This document shows, piece by piece, positions 11,501 to 19,770 of a DNA stretch of 32,000 nucleotides. Numbering within the stretch: the first letter of the stretch is position 1; each line of letters starts with the position of its first letter. The notes beneath the pieces were generated by a model. That model saw only the letters and a list, made by a program, of their open reading frames with translations. It had not been told where the DNA came from and did not search any database. The translations under genes were made by a program, and so were the position numbers. The stretch lies in NCBI GenBank assembly GCA_040219255.1, contig JAVJSW010000049.1, positions 208,738 through 240,737 on the forward strand. Direction: 5' to 3'. The stretch comes from Sumerlaeia bacterium. Lineage in GTDB: Bacteria; Sumerlaeota; Sumerlaeia; SLMS01; JAHLLQ01.

Positions 11501-13774
11501 TCCGCAGAGTTCGCGCTCCGGCGGCAGCTTGAGAGCCAACAGGAATCCATCGCCCAACACGTCCTCGGCCGCTTCGCCGCGCATCACGTTCCAGTAATTC
11601 GGCGCGTCCATGTCTGCCGCGATGGTGCGGGCCGAGGCGGTACCCCAACTGCGGTTGCCTTCGGCGATGTTGCCAAAGCAATTCCCATCGAGCCGGATGG
11701 CGGTGCTGGCGCTCTTGCGCGGGTTCAGGCGCGCGCGCACGTTCTCTGGAATGCCGCGCAGCCGGTTGCGGTATTGGACCTGATCGCCGTAGGCCTCCAG
11801 GAGCAGAAACGCGCTCGTCTGGTCTGGCGCCACGCGCCAGGGCTCGGCCACCGTGATCGTGTTGGCCTCCGGGTCCATGCGCTCCACCGCGCGGTACTGG
11901 CCCAGGCCGCGTCCGTGGGTGATGACCAGAGTGAGGCCGCGGGCGTTTTCCGGGAGGATCCCAAAGCGCTCGAGTCCCCGCCGCACCGTATTCATCGGCC
12001 GGGCGCGGGGGTCGCGCAGCCAGAGGTCCTCACCGAGCACCAGCCCGTCGCCGCGCGGAACGATGGTCCGGCCGCCATCGCGCACGGAAGCCACCTGGCC
12101 AAAGGTGCTGTCGAGAACGTGGTAGAGAATGATCTCGCCTTTGTTGCCGGGGAAGTACGTATCCCAGGCGTCGTTGTCCGCGATGTAGGCGTGCCATGGC
12201 AGCACGTCCGGGTGCTTGGCGGAACTCAGCATCCGCTTGGCGGTCATGGCTTGCGGGGTGAAGTCCTCGAAGGCCACAGAGGTCCGGACTGTCGCCTCCT
12301 CCATCACGAACCGGGAAGGCGTCACGGAAATGGGGGCTTCGGCCCCCCAATTGCGGTCGTCGTGCTTACCGCCGTGGAACAGGTTCTCGCCGTGCAGCCA
12401 ATGATCGCTGCCGATCAGGACGAGTTGGCCTTCCAGTTCCAGGTTTTCGATTTCGACCCGGTGGGCGTTCAGGCGAATGTGGAAATCCTGGCCGTCGCGG
12501 GCGCGCTCGGCGAAGCTCCGGTCCGGGTAGCCGGTGAAGCCGCTGCGGCGGGCTTTCACATCGCGGATCACGACGTCCGTCGCGAAATGATCAGCCGAGG
12601 CGATGGGGCCGGTCACCACGCCACGCGATGGGGCGAAGATGTTCGCGTTCCCTCCCACCGCCAGGGTCACGTTCTCCACGGCGATGCCGCTGGCCTTGGC
12701 GGGGACGGAAATAAAGGCCTCGCCGCGTTTCTTCGTCACTTGAAAAGTCAGCACCGTCTGCGCGCCAGGAGCTGCACCCATCAGCCGCGTGTTCGAATCC
12801 AGCATGATCGGTTCGCTGATGGTGAAGCGCGAGCCCGCGAACAGCAACGTGCCGCCGCCGGCTGCGCTCAAGGCCCGCGTCGCCGCGTCGAGCACGGGCG
12901 GACAGGGCGGCGTCGTGCAATCGTCCACGGCACAGACGCCGCCATCACAGGTCCAGACGCCGAGAACCCGGGGAGTATCGCCCACGCGCGCCAGACCCGG
13001 AATTTCCGAGGCGCGCTCGCGGTACTTGGCCGCCTCGCGGGCGTTGTCCGTCAACACGGCGACGGCGCGGGTGTAGGCGGGCGCTTGCGGCGCGAGGATT
13101 TCCAGGGCGTCCTCCAGCCGCCCCCGCCCCGCTTCGCCGCCCACGCCGGTATCCACCGCCACGGTGTAGCGCCCCCCCGCTTCGGCCTGCGGCGGCACGC
13201 GAAACCAGACGGCGTAAGGATTGGCGCGCAGGACCTCGCAGCGCAGGGGCTCGGCGCCCGGCCGCTCCAGCGTCACCGCCGCCAAGTCCCGCGCGGCCGG
13301 TGCGCCCGCGTCCTCCGAGTCCCGGTGGCCGCGCGTCAGGTTGACGCCAAAGGCACGCTTCATCGCACCCGGCTCGGCCATGTCGCCCAGAGGCCCGATC
13401 CAGCGCACTTCGGGCTGATTGACGGCGACCGGCTCGCTCTCGCCCGCGTCCGTTTCCACCCAAAGCCAGAAGGGATCGAAGGGGGTTCCGGGGAGGTCCT
13501 CAGGAACTCCAGCGACGATCAGGTCGTCTGCGGTTTCCCAGATGGCGGCAGCGGTGCCCCGCTCCGGATCGGCCGCGGGTGCCACCCAGACGCGGGTGTC
13601 CGTCCCGGCCAAGTCGCCCCCGTGCGCCGTGAAGTCCACGCCGCTCAGCGTCATGGCCTCGCCGCGCGCCACGGTGCGGTGGAACTCGGCGAGGGCGGGC
13701 TCCTGGGCGGGCAGGGTGCCCGGGCGCAACATGAACAGAATCAGGCAAACAAGGGACAAGACGGCAAGACGCAT
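8552..13774 (-). CDS. very large secreted multidomain protein (signal peptide, IPT/TIG-like domains, pectate-lyase-fold beta-helix region, two C-terminal jelly-roll + Ig-like modules)
   Basis: ORF 8552-13903. The third in-frame ATG at 13774 gives a textbook signal peptide, MRLAVLSLVCLILFMLRPGTLPAQEP. The segment AAGGGTLLFAGSRFTISEPIMLDSNTRLMG resembles the N-terminal motif of pectate-lyase-superfamily beta-helix proteins. The C-terminal 605 aa contain two repeated module pairs. The opposite-strand ORF 9818-13813 has junk-like composition. Confidence 0.85.
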   Translation of the reverse strand: MRLAVLSLVCLILFMLRPGTLPAQEPALAEFHRTVARGEAMTLSGVDFTAHGGDLAGTDTRVWVAPAADPERGTAAAIWETADDLIVAGVPEDLPGTPFDPFWLWVETDAGESEPVAVNQPEVRWIGPLGDMAEPGAMKRAFGVNLTRGHRDSEDAGAPAARDLAAVTLERPGAEPLRCEVLRANPYAVWFRVPPQAEAGGRYTVAVDTGVGGEAGRGRLEDALEILAPQAPAYTRAVAVLTDNAREAAKYRERASEIPGLARVGDTPRVLGVWTCDGGVCAVDDCTTPPCPPVLDAATRALSAAGGGTLLFAGSRFTISEPIMLDSNTRLMGAAPGAQTVLTFQVTKKRGEAFISVPAKASGIAVENVTLAVGGNANIFAPSRGVVTGPIASADHFATDVVIRDVKARRSGFTGYPDRSFAERARDGQDFHIRLNAHRVEIENLELEGQLVLIGSDHWLHGENLFHGGKHDDRNWGAEAPISVTPSRFVMEEATVRTSVAFEDFTPQAMTAKRMLSSAKHPDVLPWHAYIADNDAWDTYFPGNKGEIILYHVLDSTFGQVASVRDGGRTIVPRGDGLVLGEDLWLRDPRARPMNTVRRGLERFGILPENARGLTLVITHGRGLGQYRAVERMDPEANTITVAEPWRVAPDQTSAFLLLEAYGDQVQYRNRLRGIPENVRARLNPRKSASTAIRLDGNCFGNIAEGNRSWGTASARTIAADMDAPNYWNVMRGEAAEDVLGDGFLLALKLPPERELCGEDRLRWFRPALFNLSGLAVNGQPLGAPDATDGVQVAGAEHDQLVEAAHLGFAVFRAVPLSGRGSVELRADTRFSHDGGTLNVHLDSLGSEPVARVDVPLYGCEQTIRVDVPSLDFRRPETRDVYLSFTGRARAFQMDWGPGVVPNLGPLALGNAFVDCTASFAGEGFHQLGTKTYRDYSAGLIGPMAAGNLFQGLRLRSVQGQQPLARLAEPEPARATAPDARDLFLRNQVAPRTNSRAGAASAASFAGTASPAAGDAPAYKPLQASVRLGAPGTFTEVELAALGEGTADPPRLLREGEGFLPVFVPPDGERPGRVRLIAESATASGLLRIESGGREFRLRVLGESAPAPRPAQARAALATPIRAPIRERESSIGPVFEDSFEDGVFPGPSWTRAGGAEPGARARIERVAKTKTNPDGGAYFVVLDNAEPGDESLANPALELRLERGALRGRELTLEYAAIGFSEEESPLGKLVSCFPHAGPFAYPGDGTGLPFDGIAVSTDRRQWFEIQPLRGCMLTNKWAPYRVDLSERLREIESYAPGALDAQAPLFLRFNVSTSGAHDDKRQRGGIGIDDVRVLAESGRAKLIPARTEALLVATPGEAAAPIEFAVRNVGDQAARGWYVELDDRGRGWMRLAQGRPGEQPPLGPHGAEAQLALTADASGLPEGSYSGDLWVVSPDGEVAGVRVVLAVADRLPSQPVPFGDDFSGEGFGPGWLALAAPGSPGLVGSFKGEALIGRGTGKAEGPWSSILELRLDASAHRSRDPLVLSFRSQTLPGETVQSAKAGADFGASLAPADGVFVSSDGQRWWFAGAFPEDGDWRRGEIDLTALARRRRGLSLDGEFRVRFVHFANPGEDRKDGAGFRLDDVQVVAGGRPALAIEPARSLLLYGEDNAETEGSLAIRNAGGGVMRWRAESRDRWLRVEPESGELWGDAVQTVRFIVDASRIRRGGAEGTVLLETEAGEKETVRVEWKRLETRRGSR

Positions 13775-13904
13775 GAGAATCGGCGGGGGCTCCGGGACTT
13801 CGAATTGGGCTGAGTGACAAACGAGAGCCATGCCGGGTTCGCCCGAGGGGATCGAGGCGGAATTGTTTCGCGGCGAAAAAAAGGGCTTGCCAGCCGCGCC
13901 CATC

Positions 13905-13936
13905 TGTCCTAGTCAAATTAGGACAGTTAGAACAGT
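13905..13936. promoter_or_regulatory. operator-like palindrome with an extra half-site in the divergent intergenic region
   Basis: TGTCCTA (13905-13911), a 7-nt spacer, then TAGGACA (13919-13925) is a perfect 7-bp inverted repeat. The right arm is tandemly repeated: TAGGACAGT (13919-13927) then TAGAACAGT (13928-13936). It ends next to the GGAGG Shine-Dalgarno (SD) sequence (13937-13941) of the GntR gene. Confidence 0.6.
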
Positions 13937-13950
13937 GGAGGCATAACGCC

Positions 13951-14352
13951 ATGTTCTTCGAGGTAGACCTGCAGGGCGGCAAACCCGTCTATCAGCAGAT
14001 GATCGATCAAGCCAAGTACGCCATCGCCAGCGGGCGGCTGCGGGCGGGCGACCGCTTGCCCAGCGTGCGCGAGGCGGCGGTCGCGTTGCGCGTGAACCGC
14101 AACACCGTCTCGCGCGTGTACAGCGAACTGGAACGCGAGGGCCTCGTCTACTCCCGGCCCGGCCAAGGCAGTTTCGTATCGGAACGCGCCACCGGCTCGG
14201 ACCTGAGCGCGGCGTTTCGCCGCGAGCAACTCGCCGCGCGAGCCGACGACCTTTTAGCACAGGCTAAGTTGTTTCACTTCAACCGCGACGAAACCATGGA
14301 ACTCATCTCCGCGCGCGCCGAAATCGTCTTCGGCTCCGCTCCCCACCGCTAA
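13951..14352 (+). CDS. GntR-family transcriptional regulator, short YtrA-like subtype
   Basis: N-terminal GntR winged helix: KPVYQQMIDQAKYAIASGRLRAGDRLPSVREAAVALRVNRNTVSRVYSELEREGLVYSRPGQGSFV. It is only 133 aa with a short helical C-terminus, as in YtrA-type regulators. GGAGG lies 9 nt upstream of the ATG. Confidence 0.9.
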   Translation: MFFEVDLQGGKPVYQQMIDQAKYAIASGRLRAGDRLPSVREAAVALRVNRNTVSRVYSELEREGLVYSRPGQGSFVSERATGSDLSAAFRREQLAARADDLLAQAKLFHFNRDETMELISARAEIVFGSAPHR

Positions 14353-14366
14353 GGAGACTTTCGAAA

Positions 14367-15311
14367 ATGAAAACGGACTACGCGATTCAGACAGACAGTT
14401 TAGGACGCCGCTTTGGCCGCCAATGGGCGGTGCGCCATCTCGGCCTGGAAGTCCCCCGCGGCAGCGTGTACGGCTTCCTGGGCCTGAACGGCGCCGGCAA
14501 ATCGACCACCATGCGGATGCTGATGGGGCTCCTCGAGCCGCACGAGGGCGAGGCCAGCGTACTCGGCCTCGACCCCTCGCGCGAGCCCCTGCCGGTGCGC
14601 CGCCGCGTCGGCTACGTGGCCGACCGCGCCTATATGTACGAGTGGATGACGATCCGCGAGATCATCGCCTTCGTGGCCCACTACCGGCGCGAGCACTGGG
14701 ACCGCGCCATGGCCGACCACTTGGCCAAGGTGTTCAAACTGCCCCTCGACCAGAAGATCAAGACCCTCTCGAAAGGTCAGGCGGCCAAGGTCTCGCTGCT
14801 GCTGGCGATGGGGTTCGATCCGGAGATGCTGATCCTGGACGAACCGACCGGCGGCCTGGACCCGGTGGTGCGGCGCGAGTTCGTCGAAAATCTGCTGGCC
14901 GAGTACATGGAAAGCGGCCGCACGGTTTTCATCAGCTCGCACCTGGTCAATGAAATCGCCGGGCTGGTGGACCGCGTCGGGATTATCAAGGACGGCGAAC
15001 TGATCCGCCAGGCGCCGGTGGATGACTTGCGCAATGAAATCAAGCGCGCCCGCCTGGTTTTCCCGGAATTCGTGCCGGTGAAACTCGACGGCGTCGAAGG
15101 CGTCTTGAGCATCCGAGCCCGTGATCGCGAGGCGGCCGTGCTGCTCGAGCGCTTCAACCCGGAAACGACGCCCAAGGCGCTGGAAAGCTGCGGCGCGGAA
15201 TCGGTGCGCATCGAGGACCTGAGCCTGGAAGACATCTTTGTGGCGCTCGCGGAAGAGCGGCCGGATGCGGTGGCCTCCGCCCCCGGCACCAACCAGGAGG
15301 ACGCGGCATGA
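14367..15311 (+). CDS. ABC transporter ATP-binding protein
   Basis: Walker A GLNGAGKST, ABC signature LSKGQAAKV, Walker B MLILDEPTGGLD, H-loop SSHL. AAGGAG lies upstream at 14351-14356. Confidence 0.93.
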   Translation: MKTDYAIQTDSLGRRFGRQWAVRHLGLEVPRGSVYGFLGLNGAGKSTTMRMLMGLLEPHEGEASVLGLDPSREPLPVRRRVGYVADRAYMYEWMTIREIIAFVAHYRREHWDRAMADHLAKVFKLPLDQKIKTLSKGQAAKVSLLLAMGFDPEMLILDEPTGGLDPVVRREFVENLLAEYMESGRTVFISSHLVNEIAGLVDRVGIIKDGELIRQAPVDDLRNEIKRARLVFPEFVPVKLDGVEGVLSIRARDREAAVLLERFNPETTPKALESCGAESVRIEDLSLEDIFVALAEERPDAVASAPGTNQEDAA

Positions 15312-17041
15312 TGACCGAAACGACCGCCCGCCCATCCGGGGCGGAAGAGAGCTTCTGGAAGAAGAAAATCCCTCTGGGCCAAACGGCCAGCCGCGCTTCG
15401 CTGGCGCTGATCGGCCGGGGAGTCTATGGCCGCGACCTCTGGCAGTTGGGCAAGGGCTTCGGCGCCCTGCTGCTGCTGACGCTCGGGTTCGTGTTTCTGT
15501 CAAAACTCGATCAGGCAATGGATCTGGACGTGCTGCCCCATGTGGACGGGGAGGACTGTGGCCGGCTCATCGTGTCCTTCGCCTTCGTCACGGCGTTCGT
15601 TTTGGGACTCATCTCGACCGCCGAGGAAGAAGATTCGGAAACGCGCTTTTTCGCCGACCGACTGCCGATCGGCCGCTGGCGCCTCGCGGGCGAGAAAATC
15701 GGCGCCCTCATCACCCTTGTCGTGGCGTGGCCCTTCGTGGCGCTGGTGCTGATGTTCGTGATGCTGGCGCTGATCGAAATCTTCACCTTCGGGGTTCTCG
15801 ATGCGTTCCACATCGGCGCGGATACGAGCCGCTTCTTCCTCTTCTCGCTGTTCGCGCTCGATGGCGGCGAGTTGCTGCGCCTCGTGCCGGTTGTGATCGC
15901 CGTGGCGATGACGGGCATGCTGGCGGGGGCCTGGGTGACGAACGGCGTGGTCCAGGCGGCGCTGGCCGGCACGGGGCTGCTGCTGGTCTTCAAGTTCGTG
16001 GCCGCCCACCTGGACGGGCCGAACAGCGTCTCCCAGAATCTGCTCGGCTCCTACTTCATGGCGGCCCCGTCCGCCACCCCCGGCGCGGCCATCGTAGCCG
16101 TGGTCTGGGCGCCCATCGCGGCGGTGCTGACGGGCTGGCGCTTCGCCATCCGCCACGAAGCCGAGGAAGGCTGGCGCCTGCCCCGGTTCCAGTTCTGGAC
16201 CGATACCTTCGCGCCGCCGCTCGATGTGCCCTACCCGCACCGCATGCCGCATCGCCACGCGACGCGCTGGCCGCTGATCGCGGGGGTCGTCGTGGCGTTT
16301 CTCTCCATCCCCTTTCGCCAGGCAAACAATCCCCTCAGCACGCTCGGAACCGATGTCTTCGACATTGGGTTCTGGATCGGCAACGGCATTTTCTTCGCCG
16401 TTCTGGGGGCTTTCCTCGGCACCGCGTGCGTCAAGCCCCGGGAGCGCGATGGGGCCCGCTTCTTCGGCGCCGCCCTACCCGTCCCGCTCGGCCGCCAGTT
16501 CCTCAGCCGCTGCGCCGCCTCAGGGCGTATGGCGCTGATCCTGGCGGCGGTCCACGCCATCGTCACGGCCTACGCCACGCACGAGATGGCGGGCCGCGAA
16601 CTGAGAGCATCGGCCACCGGGGGCCTCGACGGCGGAGTGCTCTATTTCGCCTTCGCTATGATGGCGTTCGTGATGCTGCTCAACGGCGCCCTGTTTGGCA
16701 TTCTGGCGCGACTCTTCCTGCGGGCCTACCTGATCGCCGTCATTCCCGCCGCCCTCTGCGCCCTGTTCTGGGGCTTCTATGGGAGCGCGCGGACACTGGG
16801 AAGCCTCGGCGGCTCCAGTAGCACCCATCTCCCCACACTCGCCCAGGGCTGGTGGCCGGCGCTCGTGCTGATCGGGCTGCCCATGCTCGCCATCTGGATC
16901 GCGGTGGAAAAATCCCCGCTCCTGGAGGCCGGCGAAGGCCGCCGCGCCCTGGCCATGCTGGCCGTGCTGCCGGTGTTGACCATCTGGGGGCTGTTCCTCA
17001 TCGGCACCTCGCCCATCGATCTACTGATAATCCTCTTCTAA
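15308..17041 (+). CDS. polytopic integral membrane protein (probable permease partner of the ABC ATPase)
   Basis: Its start overlaps the upstream stop codon (ATGA at 15308-15311). The 577-aa product has many hydrophobic helices. I recognised no family. The other-frame ORF 15238-16821 is Arg/Pro-rich junk. Confidence 0.75.
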   Translation: MMTETTARPSGAEESFWKKKIPLGQTASRASLALIGRGVYGRDLWQLGKGFGALLLLTLGFVFLSKLDQAMDLDVLPHVDGEDCGRLIVSFAFVTAFVLGLISTAEEEDSETRFFADRLPIGRWRLAGEKIGALITLVVAWPFVALVLMFVMLALIEIFTFGVLDAFHIGADTSRFFLFSLFALDGGELLRLVPVVIAVAMTGMLAGAWVTNGVVQAALAGTGLLLVFKFVAAHLDGPNSVSQNLLGSYFMAAPSATPGAAIVAVVWAPIAAVLTGWRFAIRHEAEEGWRLPRFQFWTDTFAPPLDVPYPHRMPHRHATRWPLIAGVVVAFLSIPFRQANNPLSTLGTDVFDIGFWIGNGIFFAVLGAFLGTACVKPRERDGARFFGAALPVPLGRQFLSRCAASGRMALILAAVHAIVTAYATHEMAGRELRASATGGLDGGVLYFAFAMMAFVMLLNGALFGILARLFLRAYLIAVIPAALCALFWGFYGSARTLGSLGGSSSTHLPTLAQGWWPALVLIGLPMLAIWIAVEKSPLLEAGEGRRALAMLAVLPVLTIWGLFLIGTSPIDLLIILF

Positions 17042-17071
17042 GTTCGCGAACCGCGAAAGGAGCTTTCGATC

Positions 17072-19039
17072 ATGAATCGAGCAAAACGCGTTTGGAGAAA
17101 ATGGCCCGTCTGGGTCGGCCTCTGCGCCTCGCCCGTGGTGGCGCTGGGTGCGGTGCTGTGGATCGGGCGCCTGCCGGAAACGGATTATGACGACCGGGTG
17201 CAGGAATGGGTGACCGCGGAAATCCGCCAGGAAGCCGGCCAGCCCCTGGCCGAGGAGTTCAAGCGAATCGAGGAAGCGGCCTGGCAAAGCGGCGCCCCCA
17301 ACCACAAGCCTGGCCCGCTGAACATCCACATGATCCAATCCTACACCGACGCTCCCGCCGTGTGGTCGGCGCCCGTGGCCCGCGACGAACTGATCGCCTT
17401 CATGGAAAAGCACGGCCATCACCTGGACGAATGGGCGGCGCTCGCCGAAACCGGGTCCTACTACACCACAGAACCGGGCCAGTACTTTTACGTCCCCGAT
17501 TTCCTGATGCTGCAATCGTGGTGCAAGCTGCACCGCGCCGCCGCCAACGCCTATGCCGGGGCGGGCGACTGGGACCGAGCCATCGCCCATGCCCGCGGCG
17601 CCGCCACCATCGCCGATCCGGCAAAGCACTCCACCTTTATCGGGCAACTCATCGCCATCGCGGCGCGCGGCATCGGCTACGCGACCTTCGAGGACCTGCT
17701 GCGCCTCGCCCCCGACGCCGAGACTTGCCGCCGCATCGCCGCGCAAGTGGAAAGCCTGCGCGCCAGCGACCCCCGCATCACGAACAAGACGGCTATTCTG
17801 GAAGCCCTTGCCTATCGAGGACGGTACGAGAACCGCACGTCGGTTCCCGGGCACCCGGAGAAACAGCGCTCTTGGCTGGCCATGATGCTCGAACGGCGTG
17901 CCATGGCCAACTACATGACCAGCTATGGGATTCAAAATCTGGACCCGGAAGCAGCCGAACAGGACGGCCCGCTCAGTGGCCTGAACCAGAGCTGGCTCCA
18001 CCAGGCCGCCCGCCGCCATCCCGGTAGCCAGGCTCGATGGACCCACGCCCGCGTGGTCTATGAACGGCTCAACGACCTCAGCCGCGAACACCCCGAACTG
18101 GTCGAATACCTGACCAGCGTCCCGGACGACGTGGCCCAGGACGCCCCCTTCGCCGAGCGCTTCTTCCTGGAAAACTACTACGGCGGCGCCAACTACCGCG
18201 AGGCCGTGACGCGGGCCCGGGTGGCGGCGACGCGCGGGGCGCTGGTTCAGGCCGCTGCCCTCGCCCGCGCCCAGGCCATCGAGGCAGGCGCCGCTCCCCG
18301 CGATTTCTCCGCCCTCGCCATGGATCCGGACGTTGGACCCGCCGTGCCAATCAGCGACAGCACCAGCCTGCCCGCGCAAACCATCGAAACCGTTTCTTCC
18401 GGCGCCATCGGCGACTTCCATCTTGGGCCGGTGCGGCTGACAGGCGACAACGTGGGGACGTTCCTGGCGCCCGTCCTGGCCCAAAACCAAGTCACCCAGG
18501 GAACGTGGAACTTGGCCATTCCTGGGGATTGGGCCGAAGCGACCGCTATCACCTCGATCGCCACCGGTATCAACGCCCCGGCCCTGCCGATGCAGGCCAT
18601 GGCCTGGCAGCAGACCGCCGTCCATTTCCCTCCCACGAGAGACGCCTCCGTCCGCTATGCCACGGAGACCAAGCTGTCATGGAGCAATCGAGAGTATGAA
18701 CACGTCCTGACGCCGGAAATCGCCCGCGAAACATTCGACGAGTATCGGTCCGAAGTAAAACGGCTTCATCGCGAGAACGTCCAGACCCCCAGCTACCGCG
18801 TCAACATCGGCCGGCCCGACATCGACACCACCGGCGACTACCCCGCCTTCCTGCGCCTTCGCGCCGATTTCGTCCTGCCGCCCGCCCCGCAAGCCGTCTG
18901 GTCCGACGGCCCGGACGGCGAGAACGACGGCGCCGCCATCGCCTACGACCCCACGAACGGCACCATAAGCCGCGGCGACATCGTAACCTGGCTGCCGTTG
19001 GCCAAGCGCGGCAGCGCCGCACCGCAAGACGCGGAGTGA
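17072..19039 (+). CDS. membrane-anchored hypothetical protein (655 aa)
   Basis: AAAGGAG at 17056-17062 precedes the ATG. There is an N-terminal anchor, WPVWVGLCASPVVALGAVLWIG, and the composition is protein-like. The C-terminal tail SDGPDGENDGAAIAYDPTNGTISRGDIV is reminiscent of pseudopilin-type C-termini. The antisense ORF 17021-18625 is junk-like. Confidence 0.75.
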   Translation: MNRAKRVWRKWPVWVGLCASPVVALGAVLWIGRLPETDYDDRVQEWVTAEIRQEAGQPLAEEFKRIEEAAWQSGAPNHKPGPLNIHMIQSYTDAPAVWSAPVARDELIAFMEKHGHHLDEWAALAETGSYYTTEPGQYFYVPDFLMLQSWCKLHRAAANAYAGAGDWDRAIAHARGAATIADPAKHSTFIGQLIAIAARGIGYATFEDLLRLAPDAETCRRIAAQVESLRASDPRITNKTAILEALAYRGRYENRTSVPGHPEKQRSWLAMMLERRAMANYMTSYGIQNLDPEAAEQDGPLSGLNQSWLHQAARRHPGSQARWTHARVVYERLNDLSREHPELVEYLTSVPDDVAQDAPFAERFFLENYYGGANYREAVTRARVAATRGALVQAAALARAQAIEAGAAPRDFSALAMDPDVGPAVPISDSTSLPAQTIETVSSGAIGDFHLGPVRLTGDNVGTFLAPVLAQNQVTQGTWNLAIPGDWAEATAITSIATGINAPALPMQAMAWQQTAVHFPPTRDASVRYATETKLSWSNREYEHVLTPEIARETFDEYRSEVKRLHRENVQTPSYRVNIGRPDIDTTGDYPAFLRLRADFVLPPAPQAVWSDGPDGENDGAAIAYDPTNGTISRGDIVTWLPLAKRGSAAPQDAE

Positions 19040-19043
19040 GATT

Positions 19044-19077
19044 CCACGCGGCGCCAACCACGCCAGACGCCGCGTGG
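19044..19077. terminator. GC-rich hairpin between convergent genes (possible bidirectional terminator, no U-tract)
   Basis: CCACGCGGCG (19044-19053) pairs perfectly with CGCCGCGTGG (19068-19077) around a 14-nt loop. It lies between the stop codons at 19039 (+) and 19079 (-). Confidence 0.4.
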
Positions 19078-19078
19078 T

Positions 19079-19621
19079 CTACCCTCTGGCGCGAAGCTGC
19101 TCCTTGAGAAGCGTTCCCGCCTGCGCCAGCAGCGCCTCGGCGGTCTTTGTAGGCAGAGCGCAGGTCATGGCCGCCGCCGAGGCGAAGGTCACCAGCTCGC
19201 TTTCCGGAGTGCCCGGCCGGGGAGCGAGGCGCTGGCGCAAGCGCACGAGCGCTTCGTTCGCCGCTTTCGAATCCCGGACCCGGCCGGCGATGGCGAATTC
19301 GTGCTGACCCAGCCGCCCCACCAGGAAACCCGCCGGGGCCGCCATCATGACTTCCAAAGACGCATGATCGAGAAGGCGGCTGGTGCCATCCCGGCGCCTA
19401 TCGAAGGCAGGCCTAGTGGGGCATTCCACCAGGATCGCGATGGCCACCACGGACTCGTTGCGGTCGTTGGCTTCAAGCACCATCGCTTCCAACTCCGCCA
19501 GCAACCCCTGCCGATTCAGAAACCCCGTGGGATCGTCGTACGGAGACCCGCCGCCGGGGCCTTCCGGCGGAGAAGAGTGGACGTTGGCACGTTGGGCGGC
19601 TTGGGGGTCATAGGGCGGCAT
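19079..19621 (-). CDS. stand-alone degenerate GGDEF-domain protein
   Basis: The DDPTGFLNRQGLL motif marks the start of the GGDEF fold. The position of the RxGGDEF signature reads RLGQHEF. The metal-binding DxD region reads ILVEC. The product is 180 aa with no sensor domain. Confidence 0.6.
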   Translation of the reverse strand: MPPYDPQAAQRANVHSSPPEGPGGGSPYDDPTGFLNRQGLLAELEAMVLEANDRNESVVAIAILVECPTRPAFDRRRDGTSRLLDHASLEVMMAAPAGFLVGRLGQHEFAIAGRVRDSKAANEALVRLRQRLAPRPGTPESELVTFASAAAMTCALPTKTAEALLAQAGTLLKEQLRARG

Positions 19622-19770
19622 GGGAGGGCGGGTCTCGAAAAAAACAAAGCGGCATCAGACAACTTGGCCGCGGTCTCTACAAGGAAAGTTGCAACCCATC
19701 AACGGCAAATATTCCCCACCGCCCGAAAAAAGATTGTACCGTCCCTAGATCAGGCGCCCCCCTCCGCACA

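Noticed and set aside
12791-12800. GTTCGAATCC, the tRNA T-loop consensus
   Set aside because: The flanking bases do not form a T-stem (GCGTG versus CCAGC). No acceptor or anticodon arms are present, and it lies inside the giant CDS.
9818-13813. 1,331-aa ORF antisense to the giant secreted-protein gene
   Set aside because: It has shadow-ORF composition with no recognisable motifs. The minus strand has a signal peptide and repeated domain architecture.
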